From Camelus ferus (lineage: Eukaryota): a stretch of 60,000 nucleotides of DNA. Shown here one piece after another: positions 1 through 13,849 of the stretch. The first letter of the stretch is position 1, and the number at the start of each line of letters is the position of its first letter. The position numbers were made by a program, and so were the translations under genes. The notes under the pieces are model-generated. The model was not told the origin of the DNA, did not search any database, and saw only the letters and a program-made list of their open reading frames with translations. The stretch covers positions 40,612,001 through 40,672,000 of the forward strand of contig NC_045696.1 in NCBI RefSeq assembly GCF_009834535.1, in the 5' to 3' direction.

Positions 1-390
1 TGGTCCCTCCTAGCCCTGAAAGAGGCCGTAGTTTAGTTGGAAGACAAATTCACCAATAGCTATAATATGAGGTTGAATTTGTCTAGTGCCTGAGAAAAAC
101 AAACACAAAGTATTATAAAGGGTAAGGTAGTAAACTCATTTTTGGTTGAGGGAATCCGGAACATTATCCTGAAGAACTTGGCATTGGAAGTTGGACCTGA
201 AAGGATGTGAAGGAAGTATTAAAGCAGTATTGGAGGAAACGGAATTCTGATCAAAGATTACTTACAAGTTGGAAAGCAGAGACTATGTCATAGAGGTGAT
301 GAGAAGCTGACGTCAGACGAAGCAGTAAGGATAGCAAAGTGAGACTTACACTACTTTATAGCTGCCTTTGGAAGGCTTTGGAGTTTATTG
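1..390 (-). mobile_element. L2 LINE 3' region remnant
   Basis: Degenerate match to antisense L2 motifs (ccctcctagccctgaaagaggccgtagtttagttgg; cctgaagaacttggcattggaagttggacctgaaaggatg). Confidence 0.55.
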
Positions 391-404
391 GTCACTCAGA
401 GCAA

Positions 405-920
405 GTTTAGCTAAAAAGTTAGAGTCTAGGAGCTAGGGACAAATTGCCTGGGTTTGAGACTTGGGTCTGCTAAATCCTAGCTGTATGATTTTGGACAAGT
501 TACTTAACCTCTCTGTGTCTCAGCTTGCTTATGCATGATATCTGAAACTCATGCATCAGATGTTTTGAAATTCAGAATTTTTTAAAAAGATTATATCATA
601 TAGTATTAGATGTTAGATAATTTCCCCAAAAAGGTCTCAAGCAGTACCTCATAACCAGCATATTTGTATTTCCACAGCAGACTTATGGGAATTTATAAGT
701 GGAGTAAAAATGATACATACCCTTATATGCATTCAGTTCAAATTTTATCTAAATAAATCTGTTACAGATTTACGAAGAATTGCTGGCTTTCATTGCTTTT
801 TATATCTGAGAATTATGGATGAGGGATTGGGGATGTTGTAGTACTATTCTCATAAGATTGTTGTAAGACTCAAATGGAACAATATATTTGTAGTGTTCGC
901 ACCCTGCCTGGCACTGTTAC
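405..920 (+). mobile_element. MIR SINE split by a DNA transposon insertion
   Basis: MIR core ctagctgtatgattttggacaagttacttaacctctctgtgtctcag at ~477-523; resumes at ~831 with ctcataagattgttgtaagactcaaatg...cctggcac. Confidence 0.8.
535..830. mobile_element. TcMar-Tigger MITE, MER46C-like
   Basis: Starts tatctgaaactc...cagatgttttgaaattcagaattttt and ends gctttttatatctgagaattatggatgagggattg, as in recalled MER46C; interrupts the MIR. Confidence 0.6.
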
Positions 921-1309
921 TGTTTCTGCATTTTTAGTTACAAGTGGCATGAGAGAGTAAGTGACATTTCCAAGGTCTCTAGCTTCCAACATGTAGTTGA
1001 AAGCATTCAATACTGGTGAAGTAAGTACTATGCTTGCTGGACAGTTGTGACCCTTCCAACCAAATAAAGCATAATGAAGGTATGAGCTTTGCCAAAACAG
1101 TGAGAACACAAAGATACTGGGCTTGCTATGGAGATATAAGGGTGAGGGAGGAGACAGAGAGGACCCCAGGGTTGAGAACAAATGACCTCTTGCATTTGTG
1201 TGGGTACAGACTCCTCACACTGTCAAAGCATTGTCCCATGCTTTGCTTTGGTGAGCCTCACAAGCACCCTGTGCTGGTTTGTGGTACTTGTAGTTTTTGA
1301 CACCTGACC

Positions 1310-1635
1310 CTAGTCCTTTCACACCTCCGTACATTTAACCATGCTGCCTCTGCTGCCCCAACCCTAACTCTGCCTCTAGCCTCAAACTCCTACTTAATCC
1401 TCAGGACTAAGCTTGAAAGTTACCTCTTCAGTGAAGCCTTCCTTGAATGATTTAGGAAATGTCAAACCCTCCTTCCTCCATCCAGGCTTCTATGGCACCT
1501 GTATCTGTCACAGACTTTGGATGTTTCTTCAGTTCCTTGTGTGTGTGTTCTATCTCTCCAGCCATTCCCATTAGCATTCCCAGCACCCTCAATGATACAT
1601 AATTGGTATTTAATACAGATTTAATGAACATATGA
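1310..1635 (+). mobile_element. L2 LINE 3' remnant
   Basis: aactcctacttaatcctcaggactaagcttgaaagttacctcttcagtgaagccttcc and a degenerate L2 tail. Confidence 0.7.
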
Positions 1636-2240
1636 ATCCACACTTTACAAGTGAAAAAGTCAGAGTATTTCAATAACTTGTCCAATATTGTGCAATTTAG
1701 TGGTAATTGGGGTTTAAACTAGATTTGCCTGATTCTATAGTCCATGTTATTTTCTCATCTTCACCTAAAGGAGGAAAAATTGTGGACAGATATTTATTCA
1801 TACATGTACAGGTGTAAATATTGGTGAGAGTACATGAGGGGATGTACAAAGCCAAGTGTAATTTTTTTTGTATTGTACTTTTCTGACAAATACAATATGC
1901 TCTTTTAGTCATTTATAAATATACATAAATAGAAGTTTGTACTTTGTGATAGTTGTTAAATAGTCTTGTTTCTGTAAATCTAATATGATTATTAGTTTAA
2001 AACACTAAAACAATATAGAGAAATAGAAAGAATTTGATAAAAAAAAAAAAACCACCCAAGATCTACTAACCCAGAAATAACCTCATAAGATTTTAGTGAG
2101 CTTCACTTTAGATACTTCTCCGTGAATAAAGACCTATGTTTATAATTTGCATAAGTGGGATATGATGCTATTTCTAGAAATAAAATAGATGGTGACTTTT
2201 AACTTCAGTATATTTTTATCAGAATTCTCTTCTCTTAAAA

Positions 2241-2680
2241 AACCTCAGACATGCCAGGTGTATTCCCACTTCTGAACCAATTGGTTCACACTCTGCCTAG
2301 AATGCTGTCACTTAGAGCGACTCAGCTAACATTCTAGACTCCCTCCAGCTTTGCTCAGAGCTGGTCTTTTTGGTGAGGTCAGCCTGATCAATCCACCCCT
2401 ACACTTCCAGACCTTTCTTAGACTGCCCTTCTCTGCCTTTTTTCCCCGCAATTCTTAATACCTTCTTACCTGCAATATCATTTGCTTGCTTATTATATTA
2501 TTGTTTGTTTCTCTCCTTAGAAAATCAGTTCCATAGAAGTAGAGGTTTTATCTCTTCATTCAGTGACATATCCCTTTTGTCTCTTGTAAATGTTTTTCAT
2601 GATGTACAAAGATATATATGAAGCACCTTGAGCAGTGCCCATCACGTGGGCATTCAGTAGATATTTGATGAATGAACGAA
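2241..2680 (+). mobile_element. L2 LINE 3' end (L2a-like)
   Basis: ctctgcctagaatgct...; tail cagtgcccatcacgtgggcattcagtagatatttgatgaatgaacgaa. Confidence 0.75.
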
Positions 2681-5600
2681 AATACTACAAGAACAAAGAG
2701 TTCTGAATACAGCTTTAGAGTTGGTTAATTGAAGCTCTCTCATCCCCTTATTTGGTAAATTTATATGAACTAATAAATTCTTTCAGTGTTTAGTGAACTC
2801 AGTAATTAATTAGAGCTACAGATATCTTCAGTTTTTACTGCAAAGACAACTGAATAGCCCTGGCTATTCCTATATATTTCTGAACCTGCTACTATTAGAA
2901 GATTGTTACATAGAAACTAAAGTGTTTGACTGAGAATATGTGAAATATATTTCATATCTGAATATAGAGTATGCTGTACTAAAATGCCTCATAGATAATT
3001 AAGGCTTTTGTTTAGTGGACATTTCATTCTTTCTAGAATCCAGAACACTGCATATTTTATCAGAAGTCAGAGGTGAGTGCTCAGGCCAGTGATATATAAG
3101 AGAAATTCATTCTCCATATTTTATTCTAGTACTACTTGATATTTGTTGTCTAGTTGGAAAGATTCTATTCCTATGAAGACATAAAAATTTGGGATAGAAC
3201 TCCATAGAAATATTTTGACGTATGTACTTTTGTATATGTTATTTGATGATAGTATATGTAAGTTCACATCTTCCCTTTTCTTTGTTGTGCCATGATCTCT
3301 TTTGCCAGTCATGCTCATTATACATTTCTCAGCCACCACTTTAATCTGAGGCTGTGTGTTTATGAGTGAATGCAAATTTTTGTTCAGGTAATTTTTAAAA
3401 TTATTTTTGAATTGTTTAATCAGGAACTAACAAGACCACTGTTCACTTGTATGACTCTGTTAATGCCATATGTAATATTTCATAGAGAGATCCTTGTATT
3501 TCAAAAATGTGCATATAAAATTCGTGATGACAATTGAACAGCACAACCCTATGAAACGGTAATTTATACAGCAATAAAAAATAAATAGATCAATGTAATG
3601 TGGGCTTGCAGCTGAAGGTAGCTGTGTTAAGCATATTTTTTAGTCACTTACATCAAAGTAATGCACACAGTACTGAACAAGAATGTGTAGGGCGGAATTC
3701 TTTGAAGTACCCCCATTTTAGCTGTGCTTTTCTACCCACTCTATGAATATAAGGGAATTCATTGTTCTGTGTCCATCAGGATTGATAAACACAATAGTGA
3801 ACTTATGAAAAATGCCTTTTAGAGGGTTCAAAACCTTTTTACAGCAATTATCTCACTTGCCTTTAGAGCCTTTTGAAAAGAATTTCTCAAGGACATCTTT
3901 CTCTAATTTCTCTGAATTATGAAGTAGCCAAGAAAGATTTCTCTAGCATTGATGTAGAGAAATTCAAGCAGCCCACTGTCACCTAGAATCTCTATTCCCA
4001 ACTGTTCAAGCTAATATTCCGTATGACTTTATACTAGTTACTGAGAAAAGTAAAATCAGAGGATGAAAGTAAAGGAGAATAGACAATCTGGTGGAGCAAT
4101 TTCAGAATGTAGCACAACTTGCCGAAAGAAGTAAGAAGATGGATTTGGTCACAACAGGCTGGAAGAAGGCCAGGAGGGGAAAAAAATCCTATACTACATG
4201 ATGTAAATCAGTTACCTAACAGGTTTTCTTTTATTGTTTTGTTGCTTAATCTCTTGATTTCTGTGATATGTTAATCAGAATGTAAAAGGGATGTGTGTGT
4301 TTGTGTGTATATGTGTATTGTATTCAGGTATAAAGCACAGGGTAATGTTAAACTGAGTTCTACCAAATGTTCAGGTATGGTATAACTGATCCATATTTTT
4401 GAAAGTACATCACAAATTGGCTTAAGCAGATTTTTTTTTTAAGTAAAATTGGAATGTGATTGTTTTGGAGCCAAAAGTGCATTCTTTGAGTGCAATTTTA
4501 CTAGTAGCAATTCATTTATTTATTATGTAGGATGTCTTGTCAAACCAAATTAAAGGTTGTATTTTGTCTTCTCCACGAGTAATCTAGAGCCAGGAATGAA
4601 AACCACATAATATATTTTTAAGATTAAACCATTTATTACTGATAGATAATGGCAGAGCAGAAACAGAAGGCACCAGTTAGTCTGCGTTAGCTCATGAGCC
4701 CTGGATAACTTTTTTGTGAACTCTGAAGGTTTGTGAAATTCTATTACTTGCATTAACTTTCTGATAAATTTCTGATGTTGTCAGTTGTCCTCTATCACTG
4801 GTCACTGCAAGTCATTCTGCACCCTGCCAAGGGGTTTCTATTCTCAGAGGATCTTTGCCAAGAATTTCCCCCTTTGGGTGCATTTTAGAAAGAATGAGTA
4901 CCTTTGCCAAATAAACTCAGCCTCCTCTCTGGCCAACCATTTTAACCACTATGGGGGAAGTATCCCAGTGTGTAGAAAGGAAAGAGTTGTATAATAGTAA
5001 CAGAAAAACCTAATTTTTACTCAGAATCCTTCCTGATTGAGAAGCTAAGTTAAAATCAAGAATCCTATATACAGCTGATATTTGTTGAGAATATTCTGTG
5101 TTGCCAAATACCAGCCCAAGGTGCAGTGTACAGAATAAAAGTTGAAATAGTCCTTTAATCCTATGCACATATGAAATAATGCATTTAGATCTGGGTGCCA
5201 TATCCCCTAAAGATATATTAACAAACAAATGACCACAATGATAAGGGATTTGTACAACCAAGATTCCAGAGTTAAATAAACTGAGGATTTTGCTCTTGTA
5301 AGAAAGGATTTAGTGGGAACAAGATAAATCTTGTTAAATATAAATATTTAAAGGGTTTGCCATGAGAATGGTATAGGGGTGGGAGTGCAGGGCATATGTA
5401 GTTAGAAGTAGCATGTTCGATATGTCTTTTTGTTTATAAAGCATAAACTGTCAAAATTAAAGCTCAGTAAGACTTGGGTTAATTGGAGTAGAGAGAGAAT
5501 TGAGTGAAAAATCCTAATGGAGGTCATAGTTTATTTTTAAAATGTTGAGAAACATTGCTTTTGAATATTTAAAGAGTTCCAAAAATGGAATTGGTTGTCT

Positions 5601-6535
5601 AGTAAGATAATAAGTCTCAGGAAAGTAAGCTAGCCAGTGGTTTTAAAACTAAGTCTGAAATTTCTCTTCAACCTCCTGAGTTTCTTTTATAATCATAAGA
5701 AAAGCTTTGTTTCAGAGGCCACTTCTAAAGTCCTATTGCATAAATTCATGAAGCACATTGAAGGCTAAAGCCATGTGACCCCAAAACAAATTTGTATCAC
5801 AGTGCTTTGATATTAATAGGACCTTAAGAGGTACAATTTGCATACAGACCAAAGTCAACAGCAAGAAATGTATTCACAGAAGAATTAATTGCTTTAAGAT
5901 ACTGAAATTTATTTCATATGTTTTTGAGTTTTATAAGAGGGTACAAGGTAGGAAATTATAGTCATTTTTATTTTAAGAAGAACCAAATATCCCAAATGTA
6001 TTTAAATGATAAGACATAAAGGTTGCTTACTTCAACAGGATGCTTGATGAATGGTGCCCATGCATCAGTGTGCAGACTGATTGTGATATATCTTGGGATC
6101 AGGTGGTCTTTTGTGAAGATTGGTATGCTAAATATATTGTAAAATAAAGAGAATAAAAATATATGTGTGTTTGGTGGGTTTTGTACTTTTTAACAAAAAT
6201 AAAAAGGATATCACCAGCAAAGTAATAACTCATTTTGAGAAGTGCTGGTGAAAGGTAGTCTCCCTAAAAGTTCCTAGTGAAAGAAAATAAAGAGCACAGT
6301 AACTACATGAGTTGTAGAATTTACCTGAGGTTGGTTGTTTATTATGTTTAGTTTTTTTGTTTGTTTGTTTATGAGGAGAATTGAGATGTTGCTTTGTCAA
6401 ACGGAGGAATAACAGATTGCAGATGGAGAAAAGGGGAGAGAGAGAGAGAGTGCGCTTGAGGTAAAATGACGTGGTGATGGGTATGGGCCCAAGAACTCAA
6501 GCAGAGGTAGGAGGAGAATGGTTCTTCCTCTACTT

Positions 6536-6753
6536 AACTGTTTCTTAGCAGGGGACACTTTTGCCCTCCAGAGGACATCTGGCAATGTCTGGCAATAATT
6601 TTGGTTGTCACAACTAGGATTGGGTGGTGCTGTGGCATCTAGTGAGTAGAGGCCAGGGATGCTCCTAAGCATCCTACAATGCAGAGGACAGTCCCATACA
6701 AAGAAGAATTATCCACTCCAAAATGTCTCTAGTGCCAAGGTTGAGAAACTCTG
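6536..6753 (+). mobile_element. MER20 (hAT-Charlie MITE)
   Basis: Near full-length match (ggacatctggcaatgtctgg...ttggttgtcacaact...ggcatctagtgagtagaggccagggatgct...gttgagaaactctg); 8-bp TSD ctctactt/atctagtt. Confidence 0.92.
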
Positions 6754-7949
6754 ATCTAGTTGGGAGAGCAAGAATATGCTGGAAGATTGTACAGAGAAAT
6801 ATTTAGGTGCAACAGATTTAAACTAAAGAAGCTTGAACCCTATGGCCTTAATCTTATTAAAACAGAAAGCCACATGTCTGACAAAACTAACAATTCTGTT
6901 ATTAACATGATCCAAGAGTCAGAATTAGTATTAGTTTAGCACAGTCTTGAGACCTCAGTTATTCTCTTCATGGGTACATGTAATAAAAGTATTTTGAAAT
7001 TCCATTTTAAATTGCCTGCATATGTCCAATGAGCAAGTCAGCAAAAATGCTTTTGTTAACTTAAAAATAACACTCTAGCAGTAAACATTTCATTAACTTG
7101 ATCTGGCAAATAATAATGCACATAGTTTTAAAACAGAGCTGTCAATTTCTCATCCTGTTGGATTCTTAAAAGGTTTCGAGGGTAGTATTCTTCTAGGCCA
7201 TTATTCTGTTTCTGAGGAATATATTTTGCTGGTCAAAATAAAGTAAAAAAAGAGCTGGTACACCAGAATGCAAAGATGAGCTGTAATTTCGTCTTTTGTC
7301 AATGCATGTTCATAATAATCAAGTAATAGTTTATACTATTGTTCTATTTCAACAACTTTTTTATTCCTATAATAAATGAAAAAAACTTAAAGCATTGTTA
7401 TGAGATTGTTGATTTTAATCTAAACTATATACCTTTTTTTAAGAAAGTCTGAAATTTCAATCTTCTGAGTTTCTCTTATAAGAGAAACTTTTAAAAGCCT
7501 GTTTCTATTTTTTACTTCAATTCTGACTAAATGGTACAAACAAACAAAAATAACCCTTTCTACTTGCTTTCTCTAAATGTGGAAAAGTGGAATTGTCTGG
7601 ATTGGCTCTATACTTTTTACAAAACCTCCTGTTATGATAACACTTTAACTCCCACATTGACCAGTTGTTCTTAGGGTTAGTTCTTCCATTCAGTGATATG
7701 TGCCTTGGTCCTATATCTGGAAGTTGCCTTCATTCTCCTGGCTTCTATCTTGATTTCTGTTAAAACTTGTTTCAGAGTAACAAGTCATTGGAAACTTTGT
7801 GCTTCCAAATTGCTGTATGGAATTGTTAGAAATGTGATGTAACTGTGTTTATACCTTAACAGCAGGTACATCTCATGGACTACAAAGGAAAAATTAGGGG
7901 TGATTTTTTTTCAACAAATTCTTCAATCTAACAGAGTAATGTTTACATA

Positions 7950-8140
7950 ATGATCCCCAGTTCATAGAGCATTTTCATATACATTATGTTGTTTGGATCT
8001 AGCAACAACTGTGAAGTGAATAGTGTTATTATACTCTTCTTGGAGATAAATAAACTGTTAATTTAAGCAAGGCTTATGGCTCAGAAACTCACAAAGTCCA
8101 AAATGAGCCTCTGGAAATTAACAGCCAGGTGTTCTGATTC
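7950..8140 (-). mobile_element. MIR SINE
   Basis: agagcattttcatatacattatgttgtttggatctagcaacaactgtgaag...ccaggtgttctgattcc. Confidence 0.65.
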
Positions 8141-8959
8141 CTGCCATATGGGCTCCAGTCCTGAGTTCTGCTCTGCTTTCTCAGGGACTCCTGACCCTGT
8201 GTCTAGGACTCTAGGTAATTAAATAGGGGGTTGGGGGAGTGGGCAGAGGAGAGAAACAGGGGGAAATCCCCTGCACAAGGAGACCATCTCTTCCTATCTA
8301 AGGAGTATAACCTATATATTCCTATTTCTTCTGGAGCCCCAGTACTGCAGCACTTCCATCTTGGCCAGTTTTTCCAGTTGACTCCAGCTCCTCAACTCCA
8401 CTCCTTGGTCCAAGCTGTGACCCTGTTTTCTTAGTCCTCCTGTTCCTGCAAGCTACTCTGCCTTTATAATGAATTGTTTTTTAAATTGTGGAATTGTTAC
8501 ATTCGAAGCAGTTTTTTAAAAAATACTCATCAATTTAGTCTCCTTAATACATTTCCTGCAGAAAATCATCTAAGGTGCAAAGATTAAGGTAATCATGTTT
8601 TAATTTACTAATATGTTATTGATATGTTAGTATTAAAAGTTCGGCATTAATGTAATAGGAAGGAAAGTGCGAATAACAAACTTATTCAGACTGATTTTAC
8701 CAAAACTCATTACTATATGTAGTCAATGTTAAGATTTCAGATACATAAAGAGACTGGAGTATTTCTTCCTTTAGTTCTAAAATATCCGGTACCTGCTTGC
8801 TAGTGAAAGAATGAATTATACCCAACAAGAGCAATAATGCCAGTGTTTTATTTCTGAATGTAATATTAAGAAAGCTGAGGCTTAAAATCCCCAAAATGAT
8901 TATTTTTGCAGTTCTTTATTTGCATTTGGTGCATTTGTATGTGAAGAGAAATATATTGA

Positions 8960-9075
8960 ACTCATATTTTCTGAGTTGCCATTATATGCCAGATACTATT
9001 TTAAGCCCTAGAAATCCAGTGACGAACAAGTCAGAAAATGCCAGCTGTAACGGCATTTCCACTGGGAGGTGGGGA
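8960..9075 (-). mobile_element. L2 3' end fragment
   Basis: ctgagttgccattatatgccagatactattttaagccctagaaatccagtgacgaacaag. Confidence 0.65.
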
Positions 9076-9377
9076 AGGTGGTCAAGAGAGGATAGAAAGG
9101 CAAAGACAGAAATAGACAGTGTGTTCCCATATCAGGACTTGAACCTGCAACCACAGCTGAACCACAGAATATCAGAGGACTTACATTGATTCATTCATCT
9201 ACCTGTTCACTGTCCCACCAGAATACAATGAGAGTCTGTTAACCATCATCAGAACCGGGGAGATAACAAGGGGAACAGTGAGTGTTCTGCCCTGCCAATC
9301 CCTACCACACTTCTCAGCTTAAAATGAGATCAATAAATATTTAGCGAACACCTATTATGTGCCCCTATAGGTTTTCA

Positions 9378-9545
9378 CTACTGGTTACAGTTTGAATTAC
9401 AGCAGAGCCTTTTAGAAATAGCAGTGCTAATGCACCCCCTAAAAACCAATTAAATCAGAATCTGAGGGGTGATATCCTGGCATCAGTTATTTCTCCAAAG
9501 CTTCCTAGTGTGATTATGTTTTACAGCCAGCATTGAAAACCCATT
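9378..9545. mobile_element. MER5-family hAT-Charlie MITE
   Basis: accaattaaatcagaatctgagggg...ggcatcagttattt...cagccagcattgaaaacc. Confidence 0.75.
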
Positions 9546-11215
9546 TCCAATCAAGTCCTCAAGGACAGAAAAAAAAAGGAAAACATAAGAAGAAAAATCC
9601 ACCCATGTTTGTAAAAGATAGTACCTTTCTGAAATTCCATAAAGAAAGGGGGTGAAGCAAATACTTAATTTCTCTTCATGTTTTTATCCAGTACATAAAT
9701 ATTTGACTCCTGTGAGTAGAAGGGAGTTGGAAAAAGTATAAGACATGCCCCTCCCCTCAAGGAGCTTAAACTTTGGTTACAAATAAAAGGCAGAGGGCCT
9801 AGAGAATTGAAAATATAGCAGTGCTCAAGAATTATCTCCAAATGGCAAAAGGCACACGTAATCTGGTTTATGATTTCCCGTAAGGGCAAAGGACACTAGA
9901 GAGTTCGGAGCTTTTCTGATGCAAAACCAAGAAAATCATTCACCTCAACATTAACACTCAATAAAACAATTAATGTACTCATTAGTTTTGCAGGGGAATA
10001 TTCTTGATCATTTACAAGTAAGCTACCCATGTCTTATTTAAAGACAAGATGTTCTCATTAGACATAAATGTAACATTTCAAACTCTGTTATCTTGTGCTA
10101 TTCTTATTTTATCTTTTCATAAACATTTGTGGATTGTTTCAAAAATATTGTGGAAAATTTGTGAATATTTGCAGGGGTACATGTCTCTCCAAAACCTGAG
10201 AACGGTCAGTGAACGTCCCCAATGAGGTTTTTAGAAATAAATAGGAATTTATTGGGGCCTATATTTATACTTATATGCATTTTTATGTTAATTTTTTAAT
10301 TAGACATTCACCAAACACAGTTTCCAAGGGAAGTAGGATTTGTGGGTGGTTCTACTTTTCTAGGAGAAAAGTGCAGCCTTTTCACAATTTTGTAGAGCTT
10401 AGACAGCTTGTATAGAGCTTTGGTCATCCTCTTATTCCTCTCATCTCCCAATGCCTTTTGATCTTATAACTTACTGAGATTTCTTTGGGCTAATTAAAGA
10501 GAGTTGAAACTCAATGTTGTTAATCTTCCCAATGATCACTTGACATCCCATTTCCAGGGAAAGAAGGGTTCCTTCTCCTGCCCAAGGTGAGTTCACTTCA
10601 TTTATAATTTGTATTCTTAATTCCATAAATGCTGTCAATTCTAAGAGACTTCAAGTTTGCCCTCTCACCTATGTAGATCTTCAGGCTCCCCTTTTCTCTC
10701 CACCATCCACTCAACCTAAAATCATGCTAAGACTTTTTCATCTAAGCAAGGGTGGGGTTGAGGAGAAGGCTCCCTCATCCTCCCTCCACCTCCTCATACC
10801 CAGTCTCTCTTCCAGCTCCTTCCCTGAATCTGCCCTCTTCTTTCTCCACTGACTTGTTCCCTGTCCACCTCCTATTCATTCCTCAGCCCACACTTGGGCT
10901 CTCACCACACAGGTCACCTCCAACATCCTTGTAGTCATACCAGTGGGCACTTTCCACCCTCATTTATCTTACTTCACCTGCCAGCATTTAACACTGTAGA
11001 CCACTCTGTCTGCCTTGAATTAATTCTTCTCTTGCTTTCTGTGACCCCTTTTGGTCCTGTTTTTTTCCGTACTCCTATGACTGCTTTTTCTCAAGCCCCT
11101 TTGATGGGTCATCTTCTGTCCATCTCATAAATGTCTATAGTTCCCAGGGTTTTATTCCCACCTCTCTTGCTCTTCCTTTTGTTCCCGGATAATCTTGTTC
11201 ATGTTTGACTTCAGC

Positions 11216-11417
11216 TAGTGATATGTTGGAGCCAGTTCCTAAGAACCAGTTGTGCAAATCTCTTCTCAACTTTTTGTTCAATGACGATCATATTAATAGC
11301 TTGAAATTGGCCAAGATGGGGGTATTTATGCCACAGAAATAGGCAAATGCTACAAATCGGGTAGGGGTGGGGAGTTTTGTTTTATTTTCTGAGAGCTAGT
11401 TTTACAGCACACCACTG
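11216..11417 (+). mobile_element. MER63A (hAT-Blackjack MITE) inserted in L2
   Basis: tagtgatatgttggagcc...agcttgaaattggcc...ggcaaatgctacaaatc...cagcacaccactg; 8-bp TSD acttcagc/gcttcagc. Confidence 0.85.
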
Positions 11418-11664
11418 GCTTCAGCAATGACGTATATGCTGCCAATTTCCAAACCTGTGTCTCATACTTTTTGAGCTGCAGCCATTATTTCCAGCTGACT
11501 TCTGGCCAGCTCCTCTTGAATACCCAAATGGAACTCATTATCTTCTCCCAAACCAGCTGCTCTCCTGCACTAGTCCATGCTTTGGCTAATGGCCCCACCG
11601 TTCTCCTGTCATCCTTGCAGAAAGCCAAAACCTCTCTCTCTCTAGACCACTGTATCTAATTGAT

Positions 11665-11858
11665 AGGTATGTGTATGTCTACACCATGTTTCACAAAAAT
11701 CTAAGTTAGCTCAACGATATATATAATAGGACAGGACAGATTAATTTCTCTCACAGTGGTAGTAAAGGAGGGGATCTGGGCAAAAGAGAAATAAGCACAA
11801 GAAAAATAGATGAACTCAGAAGTGAGATAGGTACACAAAACACATGCCATGATGTCCA
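11665..11858 (-). mobile_element. Possible L4 (RTE-X) 3' fragment
   Basis: gaaaaatagatgaactcagaagtgagataggtacacaaaacacatgccatgatgtcc resembles the recalled L4 terminus; it interrupts the L2. Confidence 0.4.
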
Positions 11859-12274
11859 GCCAGCTACGTCCTGCCAATTAGTTCAACATCCTGAATTGCT
11901 CTGGATTCTTCTTTGCCAGCAATGCAATATGACAGCCTCCCTATTCGCCCTCCCTGCCCCCAGATTTACTGCTTTCTCACCCTCCCATTCACTTCCCACA
12001 ATGCTTCCAGAGAGGTGATTCTTAAAACACAATCTGATTCTATCATACCATCTTTACCTTCAGCTTAGAAACTTTCAGTAGTTCACTGCTTTTGGAACAA
12101 AGTCCAAAGCATACCCAGAGGAAACTTCCACCTTTGGAGAACATTTCATCCTTTAAGACTTATCTTGGATATCACTCCTCTATGAAGCCTTCCCTGGCTC
12201 CCATTGGTACTTCTTCCACTATATGTGTATATCTATATCATAAAATATATGATTTGATCAAATATATGTACATT

Positions 12275-12470
12275 TGATTCCATTTGCAGTTGTTGAATGC
12301 CTCCTTTATGCCATGAATTATATTTGGTATTGAGGATACAGAGTAAGACAGTCTTTGTTTTTAAGGACCTCTAGTTGAGAAGAGACAGTTAAGCAAATTG
12401 TAAAAAGTGTGATAAACTCTACACTGTAGAAGAGAAGCAAGGTGCAGAAATAACAAGGAGGAAGAAAAGG
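12275..12470 (-). mobile_element. L2 3' end fragment
   Basis: ttgttgaatgcctcctttatgccatg...ggtattgaggatacagagtaagacagtc...aaggacctctagttg. Confidence 0.7.
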
Positions 12471-13205
12471 AACATTGTCTTACAGCACATATCACAATCT
12501 ATTGTGATTATTACTTTTGTTTCCCACTAGAGTGGAAGGCATGTATATATCATGCACCACAGTGGGAAGTACAAAGTAGGTGTCATTGGTAGATGTTGGA
12601 TGGCTGGATGCTGGATGGATAGGTGAATGAAAGGAAATTGCAACAACTGCCCAAAATTATTTAGAAGATTATCAACAAATTCCAGTGATCCTTATTTTCC
12701 TTGTCATCTGTTACCAACTTTATTTAGAGTTGAGTGAATGGGGGTATATGGATATGAGAACATGTATATTCTTACACTATATAGGCTAAATCTTTGCCAT
12801 GGGAACTTCTTTTTGTGGTTCAGCCAGTTTTGAATCTGTTAGCCTTCAGGGAGGAACTGAGAGCCTAGCCTTTTCAGTCAGCCCTCTGCTAAATACATCA
12901 AAGAAGTCTGTCACTTGATGGTTCATTTGCTTTATAGCTTGCCAGAGGCTCAGGCAAAAGGTCCCAATTAAAAGATCTGTGTGTTTCTTTGGTCTCTTGC
13001 TCAACGGTGAGGGGAGAATCCTCAGGGCTTCAACATGTCACCGAACAATGCATCCAGTTAATCTTACTAGATTAAAACAAAACAAAACAAAAAAAGCCCC
13101 ACACTGCTCTAAAACTTAGTAGTTCAGTTTCACCCATAGTCTTATTCCCTCTAATCTCTGAAGGCCTCTATTCATGCTAATATAAAAGTGTCTAGACTGT
13201 AGAAT

Positions 13206-13367
13206 AGTGGTTCGCAATCCTAGCTTTAAAAAAAAAAAAAAAGGAAAGAAAAAGCAATACTGGACTCCACCTCCAGAGAGTCACTGACCTGTGGCAGGGC
13301 CCAAGCATCAGTATTTTTGAAAGTGCTCCAGTTAATGTTAATGTTTAGCCACGATTTGAAAACACTG
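13206..13367. mobile_element. MER5-family hAT-Charlie MITE
   Basis: Terminal tagtggttcgcaa / ttgaaaacactg inverted repeats; gggcccaagcatcagtatttttgaaagtgctcca. Confidence 0.8.
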
Positions 13368-13389
13368 GCCTAAAGTAAAGACCAGAGAA

Positions 13390-13625
13390 CCTTACACTTA
13401 GCCTGGAATTCACTTCACATGACTGCCTCCGTCTTACCTTTCAGGTCTGTACCTAAACGTCAGCTTCTCAGTGGGCCTCTCCCATTCCCCTGTGGCTCAG
13501 AGCATTTACAACAATCTGAAAATAACTTGTGTATTTATGGGTTTTTTTGTTTTTTTATCTGTCCCTCCTACTAGGTTAGGAACTTCATGAGATATTTATT
13601 GGCATCTGCTGTTGAGTGAATGTGA
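13390..13625 (+). mobile_element. L2 3' remnant
   Basis: gcctggaatt...ccttcaggtctgtacctaaacgtcagcttctcagtg...tctgtccctcctactagg...gttgagtgaatg. Confidence 0.65.
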
Positions 13626-13849
13626 GCTTTAGGTCTAGGAGTATGTAAACTGCTGTGAGGCTGACTCAATGAAGGGGAGAAGGAGCTGGAAGACAGAGTA
13701 AAAGCCTGTGAAAGATTGAAGGCAAGAAATGCTGTACTTAGAGTAACAGATGGGCTTCAGTAGATGATTCAAGTCAAGAAATAGTTCTAAATTGCAGTGC
13801 CAGAGATTGCCTACCCTTACCACTTCTTTACAAAAGAAAAACAAAACAC

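Larger units (their letters stand above)
10540..12240 (+). mobile_element. Long L2 LINE remnant including a decayed reverse-transcriptase motif, interrupted by two insertions
   Basis: Frame at ~10960-11020 reads FILLHLPAFNTVDHSVCLE, resembling the L2/CR1 RT motif LLDLSAAFDTVDHSLLL; downstream L2 motifs (ggaactcattatcttctcccaaacc; tcactcctctatgaagccttccctg). Confidence 0.8.
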